Shown piece by piece: positions 52,101 through 63,111 of a stretch of DNA of 64,000 nucleotides; positions within the stretch are counted from its first letter, which is position 1, and every line of letters starts with the position of its first letter. Below the pieces are notes generated by a model, which worked only from the letters and a program-made list of their open reading frames with translations, was not told where the DNA came from and ran no database searches. The DNA comes from Lingula anatina (Eukaryota; Animalia; Brachiopoda). A program made the translations under genes and the position numbers. Location: positions 42,138,788 through 42,202,787 of the forward strand of contig CM120640.1 in assembly GCA_051362555.1 (NCBI GenBank), written 5' to 3'.

Positions 52101-55100
52101 TGTAGCATAAAATGTATCATATATAGTCCTTCTTAAAAGACATTTTATATCGATCCACATGTAGGATACGTATTGTTATTGTTTTAGGCGTATACTACCA
52201 AGGATTAAATGTAGTACAATTATCATGGTTACATAGAAACCATGTTTAAATATATACTAAAAGTGCAGTGTGCTACAATAATTTTTCTGGTGTTAAAATG
52301 TTTTACCTGATCTAAATTAGAAATGTCTTTATTTGTCATTGGGTCACAGTCGAAGTAGTGGGCATAGATCAGGATACCGGACATGGCGCTGATGATCAGA
52401 ATGGCGATCAGACCTGGCACGTTTATCCACATGGCTCTAAGAAATGCAATAGTAAACGTTTATCCAAAACTATCCGTTCATTACACGCATTGAACGTATT
52501 TGACAAATAGCTAACACCCACGCCATACTTTTTTTGTTTGAATGTTACTCGTTTACTGTCTGAAAATAATTCTACAGTAACAGAGAACAACAGCTTCCCT
52601 CATACCTTAATATCAAGTCGAGTTTTAATCCTACTGTTAGCCGTACCAAAACTCTACTTACATCTGGGCTCTCTTGAGATCGACCACTGTGAGAGCTCTC
52701 TGTACCTGAGCCTGGTTAACACCGTACACAGCCAGCCAGGTAAAGAACCCGCCAAACACACACGTCCAAACTGTATGCCGCTCACGTGGGTCGGGGTTAA
52801 AACTGGAATATAAATTATAATATATCTAAAGCTGCTATATAAAGAATTATCATACTTAAATTTCCTGTACTACTTTATTTTAATTGCATTTTAACGTATT
52901 ATTCCAAGTATCATTGAACTTCACAAAAAATGGAATATCTGTAAAATTTATCAGTGACGTAAATTTTCACGTTTTAATCTTCTTTCTATCTTACTCGAGG
53001 AAATTTATTCTCTCTCCTTCAATGTTAATTCTCCAAGCGTTCTCGAATCCCCCGACTCCTATGGATCCCTGGATGAGCACAGCTAGCAGTCCGGCAAACA
53101 TCATACAGACTTGGAATGTATCTGTCCACATTACAGCTTTGATCCCGCCCTAAAAGGGAGTTCAGTTCATTCATTCGAGATTCAATATTTGTTTATATCA
53201 TTTAAATGATGCGTGCAGTAAGACAGACTTCTTTAACAACTGAGGGGGGGGGGGGGGGTTGTTTAATTTACAGATCAGGGAAGTAAAATTATTTTAGGAA
53301 GCGTATTTCCGCATCAGTTTTCATTTGTTTTATCTATTCATTTTACTAGGCCAATTTACTTATCTATATTTTTCAGTTATTCATTTTTGAAACAATTCAC
53401 ATATCCTCTGTTTTTATAAAGTAATTTCAAAATTTTATCTTCAAAGGCTTTAAACAATTTAACTGGCAAATTCATTAAAGTATAACAGTACCGAAAAATT
53501 TATATACATGGTATATATGATCACGTGAAAAACGAATTACTTACAATACTTGTATAGAAGACGCAGACGACGCCCACTGAAGCAACGGCAATCCAGCGAT
53601 TCAAACCAGTCACTAAAATGAATAAAGTTTATGGAGAAATCTGAAACGTATGACTCCATTGCTCTCTTTTTGTTTGAAACTTTTATATACACGCTGTATC
53701 TTAAACGTTCATCAAGGTTGAAACAAGTTACTTGGCAGCCCAGTCGCTTAAAACTGCAATCGGGTACCTACCTTGTTCTAACGCTAAAGACGGTGCGTAT
53801 AAAACTATTGCCATATATAGGATCTGAAAAAAGGTATTTCATATTGAATTGCTTATTGACAAGGGTAGCATTATAACTCTTATATCTTATTAAACATATT
53901 GCTTTCAATTCCATTTAATAACACCGAAATACTTTTCGAAAAGTTTTCCTTTGTTTTTTTCCCAAAAATCAACAGAGAGCATATGCCTTATCATTCTCTG
54001 TGAGTTAATGTTAGTCAACGGAAGTACATGTACGTTAAACAAACTGTGAGAGGCACGTGTATAAAATAAGACAAAAACACTTTAAAACAATCACTGATTC
54101 AACCGTATATATACATGGTATCTTTCCTTATTTTGGAAACGTTTTTGCTCTGTGAGGAACAAGGTAACATTGTATTAGTTGAGCCAGCAGAAGACTTAGA
54201 ACAAGGTAACATTGTATTAGTTGAGCCAGCAGAAGACATAGAACAAGGTAACATTGCATTAGTTGAGCCAGCAAAAGACTAAGAACAAGGTAATATTGTA
54301 TTAGTTGAGCCAGCAGAAGACTAAGAGCAAGGTAACATTGTATTAGTTGAGCCAGCAGAAGACTAAGAACAAGGTAACATTGTATTAGTTGAGCCAGCAG
54401 AAGACTAAGAACAAGGTAACATTGTATTAGTTGAGCCAGCAGAAGACTAAGAGCAAGGTAATATTGTATTAGTTGAGCCAGCAGAAGACTAAGAGCAAGG
54501 TAACATTGTATTAGTTGAGACAGCAGAAGACTTAGAACAAGGTAACATTGTATTAGTTGAGCCAGCAGAAGACTAAGAACAAGGTAACATTGTATTAGTT
54601 GAGCCAGCAGAAGACTAAGAACAAGGTAACATTGTATTAGCAAAGCCTGCAGAGACGAGTGGGGGAGGTACATGTACTACTTTTCCTCTACAGAATCGTT
54701 GTATTCAGTAAACCTGCACGCTTATTATATGAGCAATTATGCAGTGATCCTTGGATTGTTTAGCTTAATTTGTAAAACATACTGTACATTATTCATTATT
54801 CTGCTTCCCTATTGAGATGCCCATGACCAGCAGTGAAACTTGCCCCTCAATATACGTGTTAAATTTTCATGAAGGTAGTAGGGTATATACATTATTGGTG
54901 ATTTAACGTTTGAATGATGACCAGCCTAGCGAACTAAATGTTTACTACTTCTATCGTTATTAAACAGCCTTGTACAAAGACATTTCAAAAGAAGAGTTCA
55001 TTCAGTGAACCTCCTACTACCAGAGGTGTATTGCAATATATGTAATACATTCTTGGTACTACGAATATGCAGATTACAGCGATGGAGTACGGCATTAAAG

Positions 55101-55784
55101 CTGCAACTAATCAAATTATGCTTTCAAGCATTTCGCAAAAACATCAAATAAGTGACGCACAGTTCATAAATATAGTACTGACCATCTGTAGGCTGAAAGT
55201 GAGAGATCCGGCTACACGCACCGCTTTGTTGAAACGCATCTCGAGATACTAGAAAAGAAATAAGTAATATTGCTGAGTGCAGGCCCTGTAAGGTTGGTAC
55301 ATGTACAAAACAGTTATACTTTTTCTTCTATTTAAGAAAAAAAATTAAGAACAAATAGCTACCGGTATTTTAGAGGGGTGTCATTTAAATAACGTTAAAA
55401 TGAAATTTTCGCCTCGCTTCATTTTATCAGACCTACCTCGTAAGCACTGGTTACTCTTAATCGGAAGAATATTGGTAGAAATATGTGCGCAGCAACAGGC
55501 ATGACTAAAACATAACCAAAGGCTATCCACAAATACTGAGTCCCGTAAACGTACATCTCTTTCGGAGTCCCTAGCAACGTTATGGCGGACATGAAACTGG
55601 CCAGCAAAGACATGGCTGCGGGTATTGCCCCCATCTTTCTGTTGGCCATCAAAAATTCATCTGTTGTTTTCTGACGTCCGCCGGTGAAAGCCTGGTATAT
55701 ACCTATACTGGCAGAGACAACCAAAGTCCCAGCAAACACCACGTAGTCCACGGGTCCGAAAGTGTTCACCTGAGCCTGCGGCAT
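49184..55784 (-). CDS. SLC5A8-like: Sodium:solute symporter, SLC5A5/6/8/12 clade, copy B, 15 coding exons, 645 aa, ends KETQI
   Basis: Exons 55784-55437, 55248-55183, 53823-53772, 53612-53545, 53149-52995, 52802-52662, 52436-52307, 52099-52011, 51798-51683, 51465-51398, 51179-51093, 50791-50598, 50034-49934, 49783-49665, 49387-49184. Exon sizes equal those of copy C except exons 12 and 15. An acceptor at 55826 implies an upstream non-coding exon. Confidence 0.93.
54157..54640. repeat. Minisatellite, 42-bp unit x about 11.5, in intron 2 of SLC5 copy B
   Basis: The unit GAACAAGGTAACATTGTATTAGTTGAGCCAGCAGAAGACTAA repeats head to tail with 0-3 substitutions and no spacers. Confidence 0.97.
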
Positions 55785-57596
55785 GTTGAATTCTGGTCTT
55801 TTGCTGAAGAAGTTTACTGATTGGATCTAAAAGAAAATCAAGACTAAATGTCTTAAACTGATTCTGTCTTTACACGCTTCGTAAACAGACATGTCTTTCA
55901 TTGTAAGGTCTTGGAATTGATATATGAACATGCAATTTTTTATCGAAAAAAATCATAAGCAACGAATAAAGACTTCATATACGCGTGACAGCAGCTACGA
56001 TGAACATCAGGGCATTTGTGGAGACAGACTCAACGCTGCACGGGCATTATCTGCAGCTGTCAACTTAAAACGTCACGGGCTAATTTTTTATCTGAGGAGG
56101 TCTCACTAGTTGCCTGAGATTCAGACCCGATGTGGATCAGTTTCCTAATATTTGATCGCCTTCACATGCCCGCTAATTGGTTTTAGTCCGATTACCGTGT
56201 AAATACACGGTCATTTTCAAATGAAGAGGCTCGGAATTTGCATTTAACGACAAACGTCTTTCCTAAGTTGTTAATTACAGTATTGTGACTCTATGTGGTT
56301 AGAAATGCTTAAAGAACAATCACCACAAGGTGACCCAAGGGTCTACTGGTATGGAAGGGACGTCACTTAATTATGCTTAAGGCACATGAACGTTTGGTGG
56401 GTTCTACATGTATAGATTAAGCTGAACTGCCTACGTAAGTGGAAAAGATTTAAGTGGCAAACGTTTGGATAATATTCCATATAGATAATAGAACAAGATA
56501 TTTAGAGGTTCATTTCATACACTGAGAGAATCACCCCCGTATCATTACTCAGGGGTGGGCCTTAACTTTGTTTTTTTATAACGTATATAGCATAACACTT
56601 AACGGATAGTTAGTTGCCAAGTGACATTCAGCGAAAATCCTTTATTCAAGTTGCACATACATGTACATGCACTCCTTCATTCAATATACGTTCCTTTTAC
56701 CTAATGCTGAATGGTTTCCCGTTACTTTGATTGGCGATCCATTAACCTTGTTTTGCATAGAGCACAGAAACCTATTCCAAGCATATTTACTCGTTTATAT
56801 GCTGAAGGTGAGGGGCGTTTATTTTACCAAGTTACGTGAGAAGTTATGTGTCATTACGCGACGCGTTAAGCTGATAAGTATGAAATGGAAGATTGGACGT
56901 ACTAGTTTGTACCACAATATTCTCACTGTACCTTAAGCTATCTTCGCATTACTGCCCGCCTCTACCGTCCCTTGCATTTCAAAACTCCACACAAAATAAA
57001 TGCACCTTCACCTCCATACACTGTATGTATATAGTCCCCAGCAGGCCGCACTTGCGTGTAAGCAAAAGATTACACAGTGGCTGCACATCTATTCTACAAT
57101 ACAAATACATACAGCCTGCCGTCCGACTAAGCGTACGACTCGTCTATATATGACATAATTAAATACATGCCAAAAGTGGTCCTTGTGACGAAATTCTAAA
57201 TTTAGAAATGCAGTCGCTTTAATACAGCAAAGCATTGTCAGTAATAATGAGTTTTTGCTTTAACTGTGAAATAAATGGTGATGCTTACTCGGTATTTCAG
57301 ACACGATAGACGAACGTTATCAGTAAGTTTCCACTGTCTTTTGATCAGCCGAGTGGTCAGTTAATGTCCCACAGCACACAACGGGTCGGTGTTGTACTCA
57401 ATAATATTCAGAAAGCTTGTACAGCATACTCAGGTCCAGGTGTGGTAGAACTATGGGCCATGTTTAGATTCCCCACTGATGAACGGTGGACATGAATTAC
57501 CTGTATGATTAAATACGCTAAATGAATAAGTTGTACACTTCTGTATATATATATATATATTGCCGTAACGTAACTCAAAGGCAAAGATAGTTACCC

Positions 57597-57706
57597 CCTA
57601 ACAGCTTTACTAGGCGTGACAAACATTTAAGCCGGTCAAGTTGACAGCAATTTAGTGAGACTCCCCAGTGAGATAGATCGATCCAAATATCTGTGGGAAT
57701 GGTCCT
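57597..57706. mobile_element. Partial copy (right half) of the MITE at 36149-36343
   Basis: Shares ACATTTAAGCCGG, TAGTGAGACTCCCCA, GATAGATCGATC and TGGGAATG; ends GGTCCT followed by TAA. Confidence 0.7.
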
Positions 57707-58721
57707 TAACATTGATGCATGAATTTGATGTCGACAAAACTCCACCTCCAACTTGACAGGGGTTAGAGTGGGCAAAAATCAAGTCGTTCCTCAAGCGGAC
57801 GCAAGTCCAGAGTATCAGCAACTTAATTCCCCTATCCGTCCGAGCGCATGAGCTATATAGCGGTGTTTACCTTTAGTATAGCCAGGCTTGCGGATATTTT
57901 GTATGTTTACCCGCGTGTGCACGCATACCACTCGTTTATGTATATGGTAGCTATTTACAATACCCTACGGTTCCCCCGACCTGCCTGGGTTTATTGAAGC
58001 ACCGGTTAGTACTACCTATATGCACATGAACAAGCAAGGTGGTTCACCGCCATTTTTTAATCAAAAGCAAAGTGCACAAACAAATATGTATATGCACGGG
58101 TGCATGCAATAACAATGTGCTTATTTTTCCCAAGACGTTGATTAAGGCATAAATCTCGGTCGCAACCATTGTATATCGAGGGTTAGGTGATAATTGTCCT
58201 GGACTGTATTGCAAACAGAAAGTAAAATTATAAAAAACGTGTGCGTTTTGCCCTAATGTTTAAAAAAGTTAAACATTAGGGCGTAGAACTCAATTATAAC
58301 TCGATCTCTAGCTAACTATTATAGTAGCTAAGATTTAGCATCTCTGTGGGTGTTACCGATGCTTTAGAACTCACCTGTGTTCTTACGATGGTATGAGCCA
58401 GAGAAACTTGAGTTTTACATGCATGATTACGGGTGTCTCTAAAACGAAGAATTGATCAGATTGTGATGCCACTGTTTATGTGCAGGTCACAGTTTTTAAA
58501 AAGGGCTTGGTTTCCTTTCGTTTCGCTCGTTATAATATTGTATTATGGAAGAAGGGAAAAGGGGGTGCCCCCAGACTGAGGGGGGGGGGGGGGAGTAGAG
58601 ACCCATTCAGTGAGCCGTTCTCCGGTTCAACCATCGCTGTCACAGCTATAAAACACATCTTTGAAGATGTCCTGAAATGAAAAATTGTCTATCATATTTC
58701 AATAACTCATTTATTGCTCGT

Positions 58722-58761
<40 letters not shown>

Positions 58762-60948
58762 GTGGAAGGAAAAGAAAGTACGGTAACAATTGGAACCAAG
58801 CCTAAAAAGCGAAAGAGGAAAACATTCACTTGGGCTCTGGCAATGTGTGATGCTGATGGCATCTTTTATCAATATCTGAGATTTAATATTTTCTTGACAA
58901 ATTTTTGTTCATTTTTATGATTTATTAGTGTCTACTGAATAAATAAATGGGACTATGTATTATAAAATACAAAATACAAAAACGGCGGATCCGTGATGCA
59001 ATAGAAAATGGATATATCGACTGTTTTTGCGTTTTCCAATATTAAAAAGTGAAATACATTTAAAAAGCCTCACCTTCGCTTCAAGTTTTGATGAGAGACT
59101 TGGACAAAGTTCCTTTTTTTCGATTCAAAATTGAAAATAAAAAAAAAAACGGAAGACTGTTCGTTTTTCTGATTGTCATTTTAGAAATAAAAGTGGTAAA
59201 TCGGAAGTACAGATACACACTCAAAGCAATGGCGTCTGGCAAGTTTGTATAAGAACTTAACTCCCATAGCAAAAGAGTGTCACTCCTAACGCAATGAGTA
59301 AAATGATGCAGAAAATCATGTCATGAACCAATGTGCTTTATTCAACTTGTAAAGAGTTTTTTTCACAAAAATTACTGATTGTACAACAAATGAATAAGCT
59401 AACCATAGTAAAAAAAATAAATAAAGACACATTTTGGAATTTTGTACAGTATCCTGTGGATTGGAGGACGCACTTGTCGCGATTGGAGTCAAAAAGTTTT
59501 GCAACGTTTTAAAAGCCACTGACAATGTAATATCTACGGTTGCTATATATTTTAGTTCAATAGCTGATAGGTTTCCAACCCTATTGTTTGTCTTTAATGT
59601 ATGGCTTAAAAAGGCTTCCAGCTAGTTTTTTAATCAAAAAGCCAGTTATAACTAGACCGTGTATCTGACCAGAGGGGCTACAGGTACATGTAGCCTGTCA
59701 CGCAACGCTGCACTGGCTGGAGAACAAAAACGTCATTATTTTATTTATTTTCTAATTACTCAAATATACTTTAAACCTCTCACCAAATGTTGTGTCATCA
59801 CTAAAAGACTTTGATGAACACTCGCAAAATATCACGACTCAGATACGTGTCCCCCATCGCCACAGTATCATTACTCCCCCACATCGGTATCTGGATGATT
59901 ATTTTAATTTCTTTAAATTGGGTGGACCTTTGTAGGATTGAATAAAACTTTTATGGGTTCTTTTTTGTGGGGGCGGGGGGGGGGGGGGGGGGGCTGTACA
60001 TCTCCCAGGGGAAAGCTTGGCTGTCATTTGAACTAAAGTATCAAATTAAAAATAGATTAAAACATCAAATCGACGTGACGTGGGACGCGTCAAGCAATTC
60101 GTGAGAGGGAGTATTTTGCTCTTTACCCTAGAAATAATGTTGGTTCCTAGCTTTGTGTAACAGCATATCAAAATCACAAATACAACAAAAAACGTTTCTT
60201 TTATTAAAATATATATTTCAAAGCACTTTCATCGATATACATGTAGATAATAATATAATATTCAACACATATATGGAAGCTCACAGAATACGTTGTATTA
60301 AAACAAGCACGCTTTTTTTTTTATCAAACTCACATAACAGAGTCTGGCAGCACAGAGCGTTAAGTTCACATAAGCTGCAAAATTGTCAAAACTCTACTTA
60401 AATACCATACTTTAGATTTAGGGGTACATGCATTCCACCTTACATCACACCTGGGAACATGTGTATACTAAAAACTTCACTTGAATATGATACTGTAACA
60501 CTGGTCTACAGTTTTGTTTTGTCCCGTCTCCGATTAATGTTAAATCTTGTTTTACGAGATATATCAAAAGTTAATGCTTAGATTAACGAGAAGAGATTAA
60601 AAGACCATGTGCTTCTTGCTTGTGTATAGATGAATGACGTTTTTATCGGCTATTGGTAAAACAAACATACCTGTTCCAAGGCTGTAAGTATTGAATATAC
60701 GATGTAAGATGTTTAAGAAGGCATGCAGTTTCGGTAAGGACTGTGCACCTTTAAAATATCGTGTGTGTATCGCGTTTTGCACACTCTATAAGCAGATAAT
60801 TAGATAAAACAGACAAATTTAAGAATAAAAAAAATAAATCATAAAATATGATCATAAACTTTTAAAGAAAGCTTTAACATATATTTACAAAACGGCGATT
60901 CATTACTTTTCGTTCACTCATCCTATTAACAGGGGAATGTCGCAATAT

Positions 60949-61648
60949 TTACAATCGGGTAAACTGCTTCAGTTGTACTCCGTCTACATTTCCATTTTGC
61001 TGGTGCTCTAAGTCATAAACGTGACCATTTTTATTGCCCGTGCCATACGTTTCGGTCTCCTTTTCCATTGCGGGATTATCAACGCCATTTTGATTTTTGT
61101 GTTCCTCCTCTGTGACTCCGAATGACGTAATGGGATCTGGATGGAAGTCCTCTTTGTCCACGTCTTTACACAGACAGCAGTAGTGCAACTTTTCCTGTAA
61201 AATTTAAAAAATATATATATATATATATTCAGCTATATTTGGCACCTTCATATAAGGATATTTCTGTCTGAACGTTCATTTCGTCTTTAAGGAGAGCAAA
61301 ATGTTGTAATTATGGATATATACTGAATTTTAAAAGAATGTACTGCTCGTGTACAGTAGCACAGGTATGTTTTATCGATGTTTTTATGTAAAAAATATAT
61401 ATTCTTGTAATAAAATACAAGTTAAGAAGCTGTTAAGCATTTTAAAAGTTCTCATTGTTGAAAATTTTAAATGTAGAATCAACCCTTTTATGATAATATT
61501 AATACTTTGTTATTCAACCATACACTAACCAAATCATGGCCCACTCCACAGCGGAGAGCTCTCAGGCAGGACTTTGGAAAGCAGCAAAACATGATATCAA
61601 ATATTGGACATATCAGCCTGTAGTCTAACATGGTCGTGTCAGTGAATC
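60949..61648 (-). CDS. SLC5A8-like: Last two exons of a further SLC5 symporter (copy A; the rest lies beyond the window), ends QFTRL
   Basis: Exon 61648-61530 (119 nt, [26 protein letters not shown]) and exon 61194-60949 ([16 protein letters not shown]...QFTRL stop) are homologous to exons 14-15 of copies B and C. Confidence 0.9.
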
Positions 61649-62444
61649 CTTTGGAAATAATGTAAAAATCATTGTGAATTAAATGTTATTTTCTCAGTTC
61701 CTTCATCACACAGCAAACTAGTGTTATCCGTAGCTGACCCATTTCTTTGCATTTATCAACCATTGTTTTAAACATTCAATTATTCTGGTATTTAATTCAA
61801 TATTCAGTTTCCATTTCAAACGTTGAGTCTGATCATAGAAACGTTTTCAAATAATACACTGAAGTGACAAAAATCACTCTATTCCGTTATTTCAATGCTG
61901 CTGTGTGCCGTCCATAAAACTACATGTACCAGTATCTGCAGTACCGTATTAGGGATACAGCATTTACCGCTATTGACATACAGTATGTGACAAGTGATAA
62001 GATACTCATGAATATACGTAACTTCCGGTAACTCCGGAAGTCACGCGGTGAATTTGACCTTAATATTCATTCACTGTGTGTGTGGAGAGACGAAGAGACA
62101 CGTGTGTTGTGTGCTCTAGGCTTTTTCAGTGTTATCAGGGTTAGTACAGGTATTTACTTATAAAGTATTATATTCATTCATAGTTATTCATTATAAAAGA
62201 TACCGATATTTGTCTCACATTCAATATGTCAGTATTTCAGTATGTATGTATGTAACTTTATAATAGGCCTTATTAAAATATTCTCTTTGTACCTTTTTCA
62301 GGGGGCCTTATATATGCCATTTTGTATGTCATTTTATTACATATGACTCTATATGCCATAATTGAATTGAATAAACGTTAATTTTTGGAAAACCAATCAA
62401 CTTTGTTGCCATGCTATAAAATACAAGAAACACTCGGTTACATT

Positions 62445-62462
62445 TGGCGCTGCGAGCAGGGT
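62445..62462 (+). promoter_or_regulatory. Primer-binding site complementary to the 3' end of a tRNA-Ser
   Basis: TGGCGCTGCGAGCAGGGT lies 2 nt after the LTR-terminal CA. Its reverse complement ACCCTGCTCGCAGCGCCA resembles the T-stem/acceptor end plus CCA of metazoan tRNA-Ser(CGA/TGA). Confidence 0.8.
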
Positions 62463-62520
62463 AAGATAGTGTGGCACATGGCATATATAAGGCATACAAG
62501 TAGTTAGCCCACCCCGCCCT

Positions 62521-62800
62521 TCCTTGAGCCAGTGAACCAGAGCCAGTGACCTGTGTGAATCCTGTTCAGGGCTAGTGATGTAATTGAGCCAGGGAACCAG
62601 AGCCAGTGACCTGTGTGAATACTGTTCTGGGCTAATGATTTCCTTGGGCCAGTGAACCAGAGCCAGTGTCATGTGTGAATCCATTTCTGGGTTAGTGATG
62701 TCCTTGAGCCAGTGAATCAGAGCCAGTGATCTATGTGAATTCAGTACAGGACCAGTGCATGATTTCCTTGAGCCAGTGAACCAGGGCCAGTGATCTGCGT
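62521..62800 (+). repeat. 60-bp tandem repeat x about 4.5 in the retrotransposon leader
   Basis: Unit TCCTTGAGCCAGTGAACCAGAGCCAGTGACCTGTGTGAATCCTGTTCAGGGCTAGTGATG at 62521, 62581, 62641, 62701 and about 62765. Confidence 0.92.
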
Positions 62801-63111
62801 GTGTGGACATAGTACAGGATCAGTGAAATTCGTCGTGTCAACGCAGGACCAGGGTCAGTGACTTCCTCAGTAAATCTTCATGGTGTCGGCGCAAGACCAA
62901 TGATCTGTGGAGCCAGAGTAGTCTCATACCATACATTTTGCAGTGCATTACAGTGAATAAATATATTGTAAATATTGTATATATTCTTATTGTTTATCAG
63001 TTGTAGTAGTATTATATGTTATAGTTTAGTTTAGTTTTGTTTAGTTTAGTTTAACATTACATCAGTCAACTGAGTTAGAATATTGCATGTTGTTAGTTGG
63101 GTTGAATAAAA

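Noticed and set aside
54157-54640. CRISPR-like regular repeat
   Set aside because: The units are contiguous with no unique spacers, there are no cas genes, and the context is a eukaryotic intron.
54128-54673. 181-aa hydrophobic ORF as a real gene
   Set aside because: It is the translation of the 42-bp minisatellite.
62397-62810. 137-aa minus-strand ORF
   Set aside because: It is the translation of the 60-bp tandem repeat and crosses the PBS/LTR junction.
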